A stretch of DNA of 64,000 bases. It comes from Podarcis erhardii. Taxonomy: Eukaryota. How positions within the stretch are numbered: the stretch's first letter is position 1; every line of letters starts with the position of its first letter. The notes beneath the pieces were generated by a model that was not told the DNA's origin, ran no database searches, and worked only from the letters and a program-made list of their open reading frames with translations. Shown here piece by piece: positions 12,601 through 25,009 of the stretch. Made by a program: the position numbers and the translations under genes. Location of the stretch: assembly GCA_964252035.1 (NCBI GenBank), contig OZ176206.1; one strand, written 5' to 3'.

Positions 12601-14419
12601 TGATCTCATGTAGTGCCCAAAAACAGGCCCCGCAAAACCCCTCCACTTTTGGGGGAGCGAGAGACAGTGGAGATCACATAACTTGCATGGTAACATATTC
12701 CAGTTTTTTATTAGAAAAAGTTGGATGATATGAAGTTCGTGAGGTGAGGAGACATGTTAGAGGTGTATGGAATTGTGCATGGTGAAGAGCTGTAGCTCAG
12801 TGGTAGCACATCTGCTGAATGTTTGAAGATTCAGCTCCTGAATTTGAAGGGACCCAAGTTGGTCTGGCTTTGGTATAAAGCTGTGTCCTGTAATCCTATA
12901 CATTTTCTTCTCTTGGTTTGCAAGAGGATGAGAAGGCACCTTTACGGAAACTTCTAGTTCCTCTCTCAGTGTGGCCTCATGCCAATTTTACCTCACAGGA
13001 TTTTTGAGAGGACTTTTTGTTTTTTTTCTTAGGGTGGCAAACTCAAGTGTAAAATCACTCTGAACGCTTTGGGGAGCAAATGTAACAAATTTAATAAATA
13101 CTTAAATACAACTTTAACATATGATAGGTTCAGATAAAATTAATGAAGTGCCATAATGCAATACCCCACTTGACCTAAACAAAATGACTTTTGAGTATCT
13201 GAAAAGAGAGGTAGAAACAGTGATCTAAAACTATCACTTAACTTATTTGTTGCTGTCAGGATGTGCACTGCAAATTGGCTAAAAAGAAAAAAGGGATATG
13301 GCACTGTAATTAAATTGATTTATTTTTCTAGACCTTATTCAAGAAAATGAATAGATTTATTGAAAAACAGTCTTTGTTCATTAATTTTTGGAATAACAAT
13401 GTGTAAGTTAAAGCCTTATCTGTATATGTGTGAGTGGGCTAGCATTATGCTAATTATGTTAATTATGTTCAGCTTTTATATCAAATATTATATCAAAATA
13501 TTATATCAAAATACTGATTTACTATACTGTATTATGTGCCCTCATATTTCCACCTCTGTAAAAATCTCCTTTTTGCAGCCCTCTGTAACTTTTCTCTCTT
13601 GTAATTATGTATTAGGCTACTGGGGTTTTGTCTGCATGTTGCCATGGGCAAATGCATTGCTGCAGATGTACAAGCATCTACATCTGCATCTGTGATGGGG
13701 AACCTACAACCCTCCAGTTTTTCTTGGATTCCAAGCCTCATTAGTCTCAGCCAGCAGAGCCAGTGGTTACGGATGATGGGATTTAGAGTCTAACAACATC
13801 TGGAGGGCCACAAGTCCCCCACCTCTAACGTAATGAATTCAGGACGTTCTTAAGCTTCCCACTGCAAGAAAAAAGTAGAGAAGGGAAGTATGAACAGGAG
13901 GCAAAAGCAGTACCATGCATTTCATCTTAGATGAAATGGTTAAGAATTCATAGACTTGCCTATGAAATTGGTTTCTGGGCCTGTTTAAGTCAGCAGAACT
14001 TAGCTTCAATAAAAGCCTCAAACTGAACCAAAATGACAAGATTTAGAGTAAAGCATTTGTTAAACCATGTCTTTATATTATGATTTATTTGAATAAGGAC
14101 TAAGGGAAACCTCTTTTTGTGGCAGAGAAAAGAGCAGCTTTTTATAGGTGAGAAACCACCAGGAAATAGCTCTCTGTATGCCTTGACACCCTATCTCTCC
14201 CCCCCCCCCAGCAAATTATTATTCTCTTTGAGTCTTTTTATTTTCTAACATTAAAAAACTCTTCCTTAAGGCAGTAAGACACTGTCTGAAGAATTGGCAG
14301 TGGCATTGCAGGATTTGGGTGGGGTGATTTAATTTGTGGAAAGTGATATCCTTAAAAAGATTCTGAATGACTTCCAGATACCCCTGCCAATATAATCTGC
14401 CATTATAGCAGATGAATCT

Positions 14420-15310
14420 CAAGGGGTGTCCAGAGCATTGTCTGGTCCTGTTGTGTCGGATGAATTTCAGTTCTTTAGGCTCAAGGTTGTGGACAAGGTG
14501 CTTGGATCAGCCAGAGTGACTGGACCCTTGACCCTCTTGGCTGATAAAAACCAGCAGGGAGGGGACAGCTGGCTGGGCCAGGGAGGTGATTAATGCCTCC
14601 TTGTGAGAAGGGGTGGTCCCTGCCTGCTTGAAGGAGGCAGGGGTAAAACTACTCCTCAAGAAACCCTCCCTGGATTCAGAAAACCTGAGACCAGCCCGTC
14701 TCCCCTTTTTGGGAAATGTTCTTGAGTGGATGGTCTCAGACCGGATCCAGATGCTCTTGGAGGAAACTGATTTTCTAGATCCAGTTCAATCAGGGTTTAG
14801 GTCTAGTTTTGGCACTGGGCCAAGATGGTTTGAGCATATAACACCAATCCTGGCCCAACTGCACTGACTTCCAATTAGTTTCTGAGCCAAAGTCATAGTG
14901 CTGGTTTTGACCTATTGAACCCTAAATAGCTGGGGACTGCAATACCTCAAGGACCACCTCTCCCCCATATGAACTAATCCAAACCCTACAATAATCATCG
15001 GAGGGTGGCAGCATGAGAATGGGCCTTTTCTGCAGTGGCTCCCTATTTGTGGAATGCTTTCCCAGGGAGGCTCACCTGGCTCCTTCATTATGCATCTTTA
15101 GGTGCCAGGCAAAAACATTTATCTTTAACCAGGTGTTCAGCTGATTAACAGTCTGTGGCTTTTTAAATGTGTTTGTGGGAGTTATTGGCTTGCCTTTGTT
15201 TCATTATGTATTTTGTATTCTCATTTTGTATTTTTCTGTTGTGAACCATCCTGGGGTCTTCGGATGAAGGGCAGTATACACAAATTAACAATAACAACAA
15301 CAATAATAAT
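14420..15310 (+). mobile_element. Degenerate, internally deleted L2 LINE (RT remnant + 3' end)
   Basis: VPACLKEAGVKLLLKKPSLDSENLRP..LPFLGNVLE..DFLDPVQSGFRSSFGT resembles L2 ORF2 RT; 3' UTR and (AAC/AAT)n tail end at 15310. Confidence 0.8.
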
Positions 15311-15599
15311 CCTAGGTGAGAGTTCCTTTATTATAAGCAGCAGTAAGAATTCACAGGAAAAGTTACCCAGAAGGAATTAGGCAACTTCAGCTCCTGTCTG
15401 GTTCAGATACATTTGTATTACAAGCTTTCTTTGTTTATTTAGTTTGTGAATTTAACACTGGGAAACCAGAAGCAAAACATTCTGGAAATATAAATAGAGC
15501 TCAAGGCAAGCAAGGATTACTGTAATCATGTATCAGAATTATTGCATTATAACATTGGGACACAGGAAGTTCAAGGGGCTAGTTTTGATGTACAGTCAT

Positions 15600-16240
15600 A
15601 TACAGCTTTGTAGGGTGAGACCCTACCTGCCCGTGGACTGTCTCACCAGAGTGGTGCATGCTCTAGTTATCTCCCGCTTGGACTACTCAATGCGCTCTAC
15701 GTGGGGCTACCTTTGAAGGTGACCCGGAAACTACAACTAATCCAGAATGCGGCAGCTAGACTGGTTACTGGGAGTGGCCACCAGACCATATAACACTGGT
15801 CCTGAAAGACCTACACTGGCTCCCAGTACATTTCCGAGCACAATTCAAAGTGTTGGTGCTGACCTTTAAATCCCTAAATGGCCTCGGCCCAGTATACCTG
15901 AAGGAGCATCTTCACCCCCATCATTCTGCCCAGACACTGAGGTCCAGCGCTGGGGGCCTTCTGGCAGTTTCTCACTGCGAGAAGCAAGGCTACAGGGAAC
16001 CAGGCAGAGGGTCTTCCCAGTAGTGGCACCCACCCGATGGAACGCCCTCCCATCAGATGTCAAAGAGATAAACAACTACCTGACATTTAGAAGACATCTG
16101 AAGGCAGCCCTGTTTAGGGAAGTTTTTAATGTGTGACATTTTAATGTATTTTTAATCTTTGTTGGAAGCCGCCCAGAGTGGCTGGGGAAACCCAGCCAGA
16201 TGGGCAGGGTAGAAATTAATAATAATAATAATAATAATAA
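15600..16240 (+). mobile_element. 5'-truncated L2 LINE
   Basis: RVRPYLPVDCLTRVVHALVISRLDY and LQLIQNAAARLVTG..LHWLPV motifs (frameshifted); gccgcccagagtggctgggg end plus (AAT)n tail. Confidence 0.88.
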
Positions 16241-16261
16241 TGATTATTATTATTAGTGATA

Positions 16262-16620
16262 CCTGAAAGATTGCCTCAACTTTTATATACCTAACTGATC
16301 ACCGCGCTCTGTAGGTGAGGGCCTCCTGAAAATACCATCTTATCAGGAAATCTGTCTGCATACTGTAGGAATCTGCTCTTTATCGTTGTGGCACCTTCCT
16401 TTTGGAATTCCCTCCTCTTGAATATTAGACAGGCAGCATCTTTATGGCACCTATTAAATACCTTCCTCTTCAGCAAGGCTTTTGCGTTCTGATCTTCCCT
16501 GGTCTGCATCTGTATTGGAATTGTTTTTAAGAGCTTTTCATTATTTCCCCACTTATAGTTTGCTCCCCTGAGCTCGTTGGGGAGGAAGGATGGGATAGAA
16601 ATTTTATAAATACATAAATT
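16262..16620 (+). mobile_element. L2 LINE 3' end (third subfamily)
   Basis: gtggcaccttccttttggaattccctcc...aaataccttcctcttc..., ending ccctgagctcgttggggaggaaggatgggatagaaat. Confidence 0.65.
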
Positions 16621-17026
16621 TGGGAGGTGGTTGTGAAGAGCAGGAGCAGCTCCAGGGGGCTCATGATGGTGGGCCCTCTGCTGGGCTGTGGGCTCCTGGC
16701 AGATGCCTTAGTATGCCAATGCTTGCTGCCAATCCTGATTATTATTTTGAATTTATATAGCACCATGAGCGTGAATGGTGTTTTACAAGAGTGACGTAGA
16801 ACAGATCCCTTCCCTGAGGGGAATGCAATCTAGAATTGGAGATTTGAGAAACAGTAAGTGATGGAGAGAGAAGTGGGTGGAACAGTAAACCGGAAAATAA
16901 CACCTAGTGATTACACTGCACATCCTTAGGCTGAGTTATAAGTTGAGTTGGAGTAGGGCACAGGAATTGACTTGATAATTCTAGCAGCTTAATATCATAT
17001 TTCCCCACCTTTTTCTTTCTTTCTAG

Positions 17027-17296
17027 GATCATAGTCATGCAGATGTGCCTCAGTATCGCCAGGACCACTCTTTGATTATGAGATCCATTGTCCATATGAC
17101 AGACGCTGCTCGTTCGGGAATTATGTCACCTAACCAGCTGACCACAATTAACCAATCCCAGCTCAGTGCTCAACTGGGGCTGAACTTGGGTGGGACCAAT
17201 GTGCCACACACTTCCCCATCCCCTCCTGCGAGCAAATCGGCAACCCCTTCTCCATCCAGTTCTATAAATGAGGAAGACGCGGAGGACTCAAACAGG
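17027..17296 (+). CDS. TOX3: TOX3 coding exon (exon 4 equivalent)
   Basis: Acceptor ttttctttctttctag; reads [31 protein letters not shown]...[28 protein letters not shown]; consensus donor GTAAGT at 17297; 270 nt, phase 0/0. Confidence 0.97.
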
Positions 17297-17704
17297 GTAA
17301 GTTCTATCATGTGTTGTAAAAAGATGCTCTCTCTCCCACCACCAAACTTTTGTTTTTGTTTTTAAGAGGAGTTCAGTAAGGGCAAAAAGGAGTGAGTGGA
17401 ATTCAGCTAAGTTTTACTCAGAGTAGAATCATTTCATGCGATACAATAATCTTTATTGTCATTGTCCCATACAGAACAACGAAATTGAAAAAATCTACAT
17501 CAGACATTAAAAAACCAACTAGCCTGCTATCTCAGCCTGGTTAACCCCCTAAAAACTCTGATACCCCGTAATTAAATACAATATTTCAGTGAGTCTGCTC
17601 TGAATAAAACTTAGTTGAGTATCACCCAGTAGCTTTATTTAGTTGCTTACCATAATGATGCTATGCTGCTATTCTGTGGCTTTTGGTGTGTGTTAATGTG
17701 GTGT

Positions 17705-17900
17705 AATGGTTCGAGTGTGGGACTTAACTGTAGGAACTGGGAGAGCAGTGTTCAAATCCCTTCTCAGCCATGAAGCTCAGGGGGTGAGCTTGGGCCAGCC
17801 ACTGCCTCTCAGCCTCACCAGCCTCACAGGGTTCTTGTGCAGATTAAATGAGGAGGGGAGAAAACCATGTATATGGCACCTGGAGCCCCTTGAAGAAAAA
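17705..17900 (+). mobile_element. MIR/CORE-like tRNA-derived SINE
   Basis: gttcaaatcccttctcagccatgaagctc...gggtgagcttgggccagccactgcctctcagcctcacc..cagggttcttgtg; related copies at ~48175-48370, ~60160-60300 (-) and ~63120-63330 (-). Confidence 0.7.
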
Positions 17901-19331
17901 AGCGAGAAATAAATGAAAGAAAAAGTTGCTGGTATAGGGTTCTTTATAGAAATTTCCTCATTTTCTAGATGCAGCAATTCTGACTGACATACCTGCTTGC
18001 AAATTAATTTTCATTTTACAAAACCAAAAACCTAAGCATTCTTCAATAAAAAAATCAATAAAAAATACCTTCACCTCTTTGGGAAAGCCTTGAGTGTGCT
18101 CTCAAATTCCTTTTCATATCAGATTAAATAGGTTTGCAAAGGATAGACAGCCAACTGAGAAATATCTCTGAACAATGACAGCCTATTTTGGGATATAAAC
18201 AAAGAGCAGATGCCCGATGGCTGGAATATCTATGTCTAACATAGCACAGTTTTGCATTTATTTGTTTTGTTACTTTGCAGTTATTAGCCTTGAGCCTGAG
18301 GGATAGAGAGCAGGTTATAGAAAGCTAAATAGATTGGTTGTGCAGGTTATGTATGCAGAATTTTTGATGAAGACCATGGGAGTTGAGCATGTGGAAGGCC
18401 TGAAATTAATCGCATGGATCCATCAAATGCCATTTCCACCAGAACTCTGCCTACAGGCTATGCAGGGCAGCTGCAGAGGGACTCATTGGAGCTCAGTCGT
18501 GATTGAATAATGACTCTATTAATTGTTCTGTGACCCGGAAAAAGGAACAAAAGCCATAGTAAGCAGCCTTAACAAAAAGGCTGAAAGAAGAATGACGAGT
18601 GGTTTCCTCCTCCTTTCATACTGAGTATCTTATTTCTGTAACTCATCTGATAGGCTGTTGGCTTCCATATGGAACTATGCAAACCTCTAATGCTGGCTAC
18701 TCTTGCTTGTGGGACAACACAGGGTGAAGGAGCTAGTGGAGGAAATAGGCTCATTTGGCAGGGCCAGTAGGTGGGCTATGAACAAATGTGAAGCTCATTT
18801 GATAGGCTTCAACAAACAAACAAACAAACACCTCTTGTTTAAAATGGAAATCAGTGACCTATGCTTCTTCTTTGAGAGCATTCTAAGTGAGTGGCTGGAG
18901 GGCTACAAGCTTGGTATATGGTTTAAGTGGGAGCTGGTGTTGCACTATGAAACGTTTGTCAGAAACAAGCTTTAGATAATGCCCTCAAATACTTTGTATA
19001 ATGCTGCCCATAGACAAGACTGTTTCTGCATTTCCAGTTGTGCATGAGCACCTGATAGGGTGAATGTGATACCTCTGATGGATACTTTAAAAAATAAACT
19101 AGAAATGTAAGTTTCTCACCCTCATGATCAGAAATATATTCTATGTCTTATGATTTTGAATTGTTTTTTAATGCCTGCTACAAAGGTCTTCTTTTTATTT
19201 CCCCTATGTTGTGGTCTTTTGGCATACTTCTTTTCAAGTAGAGCATAAACAGCTTTGTGTATGCATAGCTGATTTTTATAATTAATATCCCATGCTGGAC
19301 ACTGATTTTGGTTTTGTTGCTCTTTATCAAG

Positions 19332-19559
19332 GCTGCAGGAGAAAAGAGAGCTGCCCCAGATTCTGGCAAGAAGCCCAAGACTCCAAAGAAGAAGAAAAAG
19401 AAAGACCCCAATGAGCCACAGAAGCCAGTGTCAGCATATGCCCTGTTCTTCAGGGATACACAAGCAGCAATTAAAGGGCAGAACCCCAATGCTACCTTTG
19501 GAGAGGTTTCAAAAATTGTAGCGTCTATGTGGGATAGCCTAGGAGAAGAGCAGAAGCAG
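19332..19559 (+). CDS. TOX3: TOX3 coding exon (exon 5 equivalent): basic NLS and first two-thirds of HMG box
   Basis: Acceptor tcAAG ending 19331; reads [76 protein letters not shown] (TOX-family HMG box); donor GTAACC at 19560; 228 nt. Confidence 0.98.
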
Positions 19560-19971
19560 GTAACCAAGGGACCCTTTGGAGTTTTGGGGGAGAAAGGGGT
19601 GATGCACTGAAAGATGCCAAAGTCCTAATTAAACACTAGTGGGCTGATCCTTTTGACTTCATTAATTAGAAATGCAGCAGAACGGGTTGGAGCACAGTTA
19701 TGCTTCCTATCAACCCAGCTAAGGATCTGGCTTCATATCATCCCCTTGTCATTCTCTGATTGTAGTGGTAGTAGTAAGGTTGCAATATTTTAATTGACTT
19801 GATTGATCAATTAATCAATGAAAAACACTTTTGACTGGCTAAACAGTTCCCAATTTATTGGACGGTGGAGCATTGCACTGCAAAATATTGCTTTGAATGT
19901 AAGTACTTACTAAAAATGCAAGGACTGTCTTAAGAGGCATTTAAAGGGTTTACCCCTTTAATGACAAGGCT

Positions 19972-20140
19972 CAGAGGCAGAGCACTAACCTTGCATGTGG
20001 ATGGTCCCAGGTTAAATCCTGGCTGTCTCCAGTTAGGACTTCTGTCTAAAACCCTGGAGACCTGCTGCAAGTTAGTGAAGACAGTACTGAACTTAGATGG
20101 ACCAGTGGCCTGGTTTAAGGCAACTTCATACGTCCATGTT
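19972..20140 (+). mobile_element. Short tRNA-derived squamate SINE
   Basis: gctcagaggcagagcac...ggtcccaggttaaatcctggc (A/B-box-like) followed by ctggagacctgctgc..agatggacc; copies at ~12787-12900, ~28690-28850 and ~44110-44170 (-). Confidence 0.7.
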
Positions 20141-20788
20141 CTTAAAATCTCAGTGAGGGCTGAATGGAACTCAAGAGAAAACATTTCACAGGCAAGTTCA
20201 GAACATCAATGAAAACGAGGTGAACTTGCTTGTGAAATGTTCTCCCTTGAGAGGCTACTGCTTTTATATAGCAAGTACATATTCTAATTGTGATGACATC
20301 ACTGGGAGCAAACAAAACCCATTCAGTGCAAGGCCTGTTCCCTTACTCTGTGTTGGCTTAATTTATGCTCTGTGACATCATCACATAGTCATTTCTAATT
20401 GGCTATGAAACTGCTTCCAGGAAGCGATATAATAAATGGAGTCAAAGAAGTAACCGATGGGTGATGTGAATGCAAACAGAAATGGAAGAGGTAACCTTTG
20501 GAGGGAGGAGAATGAATTCAGGAGATATTTTTTTTAATCATCTCAGCTCCAATTCCTTCCCATTTTAATTCTGAAAATGTACACAGTAGCAGTTTTGGCT
20601 CGTTGTTTTAAAGGAGAGGAGGGATGAGAGTCACACACTTTTGTGAACCTTTTTGTTGCAGAGTTGGCATTGTCCCTTTTGACTTTCTTCATTTTACAAG
20701 ACCATAACATCCCTCTTCGGGCAAGAGCTACTTTATGGTGTGAAATTTAAACACTGAAGGTGGTGTTAATTGCAATGTCTTTTAACAG

Positions 20789-20869
20789 GTATATAAAAGG
20801 AAAACAGAAGCTGCCAAGAAAGAATACCTTAAGGCACTTGCTGCCTACAGAGCAAGTTTGGTTTCCAAG
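20789..20869 (+). CDS. TOX3: TOX3 coding exon (exon 6 equivalent): HMG box helix 3
   Basis: Not in the ORF track. Acceptor tttaacag; reads [27 protein letters not shown]; donor GTGAGC at 20870; 81 nt; continues the HMG box in frame. Confidence 0.98.
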
Positions 20870-23062
20870 GTGAGCTCGAGTCTGACTTCAGTTACGCATC
20901 CAGTAGTGCAATGCCTTCAGTGTGGATTCTTTTCACCTTATAAATAAATAAGCAGAGAATTTGTTTTTTTAACCAGCCTTATCTTTGGGGAAGGACAGTA
21001 ATCTAGAGGCTCTTGCTTTGCATGTAGACGAACTGAGACTAAGTCCCTGGTATATCCATATTTTATTCCTGTGTTGTAGAGGTTTGGATTAGATGACTCT
21101 TTAGGCCCTTCCAACTCTACAGTTGCATTATTCCACTTACAAAAATCAGGTTGCTTTGCTCTCTGTGCAACCAGGACATCTTGCAGATTCATTCATTCAT
21201 AATTTTATTTGTATGCCACTTTTCCACAAAAGAATCATGTCCAAAGTGACTTACATCAAAGAAGACAGGAATAGGTCTCAAAATCAATCATTGCAAATCA
21301 CAGCTTCATAACAGAACAACAACATAATAACAAATATAACAACATACCAGAAAACAGCAAAATTTCAGTACTATAAATATAACTGGGCACTATCCATTTG
21401 GAAAAAGAAGAGAAATGGTCTTTGAGTAAAGCACTGCAAAACCATAGAGCATGTTACAAGGCAGTATAATATCAAGGTACTGTATATGCTGCATTATTTA
21501 TTGAATAAAGCTCTCGTGAAAGCTCTTATAGTAAACAGCAGTATGAGACTGTTGGCAATTTATTCTTTTGCAGAAGCAATTTGGTATCTGCATAAATCAG
21601 AACCCGATGCAGAGCGTGTCTGTGAGGTGTAATAGGTTGTCTTGGACTTTGCCTGTGGGTTTCATATCCCTGATCAGCTAAGCTATCTTCAGATATTTGA
21701 GGGCTCCTCCACTCTACCAATTAATATTTGCAAGGAAATTGAATCTTGGCAACAGGCTCCTCCTTGTTGCCTTAAAAACATCCAGTCCTTCCCCTCCAAA
21801 TGTCCCAAAAAGGCTCTAGCAGTGGTTATATGGATAAAGGATGTGTGTGATAAAGGTGTATTAAATGATGCATTATTATTACTGTTCTTCATTTACTTTG
21901 TTAGTCTCTTTATCTTGCCCATGGCAACCCAAAGCAACTTACAAGCAAGCGAGCCAACAAAAACCTACATAGATACATTAAAATGGGCGTATGTGTACAT
22001 TTAAGACACCACACCCACTTCCAAAAGGCCGCAGATAGTTAAAGGCCAAAGGCCTGGTTATAGAGGAGAAGTTTTCTCTGAGGTCCTAAAGATATCTAAA
22101 GATGGTGCCAGGCAACTGACCCTGGAGAGAGCATTCCACAAAAGAGGAGCCACTGCAGAAAAGGGGCATTCTTGTGTTACCACCTTTTGGACCTCTTGTG
22201 GAGGAGGTAAACAAAGAAGGGCCTCTGATCATGATCACAGGGTCTGGGTCAGTTCATATGGATGCATGAAGGTGGATAGAAGTCTTATCTCCTTCCCTCA
22301 TAAAAATGGAACCTGAAAGGGTTGGAGATTCAGAATAGAAAAAAAATAATGTTCTTCTTCACACAGTGCATAATTAAATCCAGCATCAGCATATGCCTCC
22401 AAATGCTATTTTATGAAAAACATGAGGGGGGAACAGTGCTATCGCACTCATGTCCTGCATCCTGTTGGCTACTGGCCTAATGCTCTTCTGATGTTCCTAA
22501 AATGGGGAGTTGCCTGACCAGTTATTGATATGACTTAAAGGATGTTGCCTTATGAGTATAAGGTGGTTTGGTGAGTTGCCTTGATGAAAAAATTAACAAA
22601 TAATCTGTGACTGGCTAAAGGAACAAAATACTTTTATTCACAAACTGGAACTGTTTAGGAAAGAAAAGCTGAAGTAAAAAGATGCCTTCCCACAGTATAG
22701 AAAACTTTTTGGCTGCATGAACACAATGGACTTGAATCTTGTTACTTCCTGATGGGTTTTACTGATGGATTAATTTATTTATTTTTGTTTGCCTTTTGTT
22801 TTAGTTTAGGCACCCCTTGTGTCCTCCCTGAGGTGGGAAGGGGATTGTTCTTTGTTATTAAAATTGTGTTAAAGTGTTTTTTTTTTTAATTATTAATAAA
22901 GAGAAAGGAAGAAAAAGGGGAAGATGCCAAGGATGCTGTTACAAGCTCCTTGGGTGCGAGAGAAATGCAAATGTGACAAATATAAATATAAACGTATAAA
23001 TATAAAAACATAAGAGGCGGCCCCTGTATTAACTCTCATGAACTTCTCTTTCTTAAATGCAG

Positions 23063-23821
23063 GCTGCTGCTGAGTCAGCTGAAGCCCAAACAATCCGTTC
23101 TGTTCAGCAAACGCTGGCATCTACAAACCTGTCCTCGTCCCTCCTTCTGAACGCCCCTCTCTCCCAGCACGCGGCTGTGGCCACTTCTCCACAGACTCTC
23201 CAGCAGTCGCTCCCCAGGGCAATCGCCCCCAAGCCTCTAGCAATGCGGCTGCCCATGAATCAGATAGTTGCCTCGGTCACCATTGCGCCCAACATGCCCA
23301 CAAACATTTCCACCTCACTGATAAGCTCCATGGGAAGCAGCATGGTGGGCACGTCGGCGTCGGTGCCCTCCCAGGTCAGCCCTTCCTTGCAGAGCCAGCA
23401 GCACCAGTTGCAGCAGATGCAGCAGATGCAGCAGCAGCAGATGCAGCAGCAGCAGCTCCACCAGCAGCACATGCATCAGCAGATCCAGCAGCAGATGCAG
23501 CAGCAGCATTTCCAGCACCACATGCAGCAGCACCTGCAGCAGCAGCAGCACCTGCAGCAGCAGCTGAGCCAGCAGCAAATTCAGCATCAGTTGCAGCACC
23601 AGCTCCAGCAAATGCAGCAGCAGCAGATGCAGCACCTGCAGCAACAGCAGCAGCAGCAGCACCAGTCGCAGCCTTCACCTCAGCAACATTCCCCAGTGGC
23701 CTCACAGATCACCTCTCCGATCCCCAGCATCGGGAGCCCCCCGCCAGCGCCCCAACAACACCAGTCCCAAATACAAACCCAGACACAGACTCAGCTATTA
23801 TCACAGGCCAGTATTTTCTGA
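23063..23821 (+). CDS. TOX3: TOX3 terminal coding exon (exon 7 equivalent) with Gln/His-rich tract; stop TGA 23819-23821
   Basis: Acceptor aaatgCAG ending 23062; reads [23 protein letters not shown]...polyQ...[17 protein letters not shown]...[13 protein letters not shown], the TOX3-specific C-terminus (distinguishes it from TOX, TOX2 and TOX4). Confidence 0.98.
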   Translation, partial: AAAESAEAQTIRSVQQTLASTNLSSSLLLNAPLSQHAAVATSPQTLQQSLPRAIAPKPLAMRLPMNQIVASVTIAPNMPTNISTSLISSMGSSMVGTSASVPSQVSPSLQSQQHQLQQMQQMQQQQMQQQQLHQQHMHQQIQQQMQQQHFQHHMQQHLQQQQHLQQQLSQQQIQHQLQHQLQQMQQQQMQHLQQQQQQQHQSQPSPQQHSPVASQITSPIPSIGSPPPAPQQHQSQIQTQTQTQLLSQASIF

Positions 23822-23962
23822 AGACACATGTTGCAAAGCTGCTTTGCATTGTGAGTTAAGCAAAGGGGGACTGTTTACGGCTGGAAACTGTACATTGCTG
23901 ATGGTAGTTATGCAGGGATGCATAACAGATGAGTGAGCCTCTAAGCTGTCTATTAGATAGGC

Positions 23963-23968
23963 AATAAA
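23963..23968 (+). terminator. Candidate proximal polyadenylation signal
   Basis: AATAAA 141 nt after the stop, with upstream TGTA (23889-23892) and downstream GU-rich tgtagctgtgtatattc. Confidence 0.4.
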
Positions 23969-25009
23969 GAACTACAATGTAGCTGTGTATATTCATTTAG
24001 CTGACTATAAATATTTGTTTCCCACCTCTCTCTTTCCGATCTTTTTAAAGAAAATGCTGTGCTCTCTTGTTTTCTTTATTTATTTTGAGCTTTACCCATA
24101 ATATGTGAACTACATAGTCTTGGATATGCCTGGGCAGTGAAACAAAAAAGTTTTGGCCTTTTTCACAGTTCCAGATTAAAACTGATTAGTGAATGCACTT
24201 CAAACCAGTTTGGGGTTTTTTGTGTTTTTTTGTTCATGAAGTCCTAAAAAGCACAGTTGTAACTACCTGTAAAATGTTGATTGGATTCCATGCAATCACA
24301 CTCGTATGACATGAGTAGTTGACGGTGTTTTTCTCTGTCATATATATATAAATATAAATATATATATAAAGATTAATGTAAAAATCATAGACTTTTGCCA
24401 AAGCTCCTTTTTCTCTTTTTAATATGTCTCCAGAAGGGGGAGGGGGGGAAACCTGCAAGTGAAAGTTCTTAAATATCAGAGCCCATCTTTACCATCAAAG
24501 CTATAATTTCTCTAAACACTTACAGTGCTTTGTTACAAAATATATTCTTACCCTGTTCTGTTCATTCCAAGTTGTTGTTGTTTTTTTAAAAAAGATGTGA
24601 ATAATCTATCCTGTGTTTGGGTGACAACTTTCAGATTTAATACACTGTATTTTTTAAAAAAGGAAATGCACTTAAATGCACTGTTATTACAAAAAAAAAG
24701 GTAAGAAGGAAAAATGTGAGTTTTTAAAAAATATATGCTGTAATACCAGTAGACTATTTAAAAGAATTGCTACATCTGAATAATCAGTGTAAATATTTCC
24801 TTTAAAAAATTGTAAGTTTTTCATATCATGTGTTGTAAAGTTTTCATAAATGAGGCTTTAATGTAAACACTGGTAACATGAATGATTTAACTGCAATATT
24901 GCTTACTGTGTTTTTATGCTGTTTTTATACTTTTTTATGAGTTATAATAGCAGCAATTGAGTTGTTTGTATTTTGCTTATCTAAAACAAATGCTTTTATC
25001 TTGCTATAG

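Noticed and set aside
12787-12830. tRNA-like gctgtagctcagtggtagcac
   Set aside because: Head of a degenerate tRNA-derived SINE; no cloverleaf or intact T-arm follows.
19560-19610. Read-through of exon 5 to an intronic stop (QVTKGPFG...MH*)
   Set aside because: Simple ORF overrun past the donor; nothing in the sequence supports intron retention.
23260-23705. Minus-strand poly-Leu, poly-Ala and poly-Cys ORFs
   Set aside because: Automatic by-product of the CAG-rich TOX3 exon (CTG/GCT/TGC frames contain no stops); no independent evidence of a gene.
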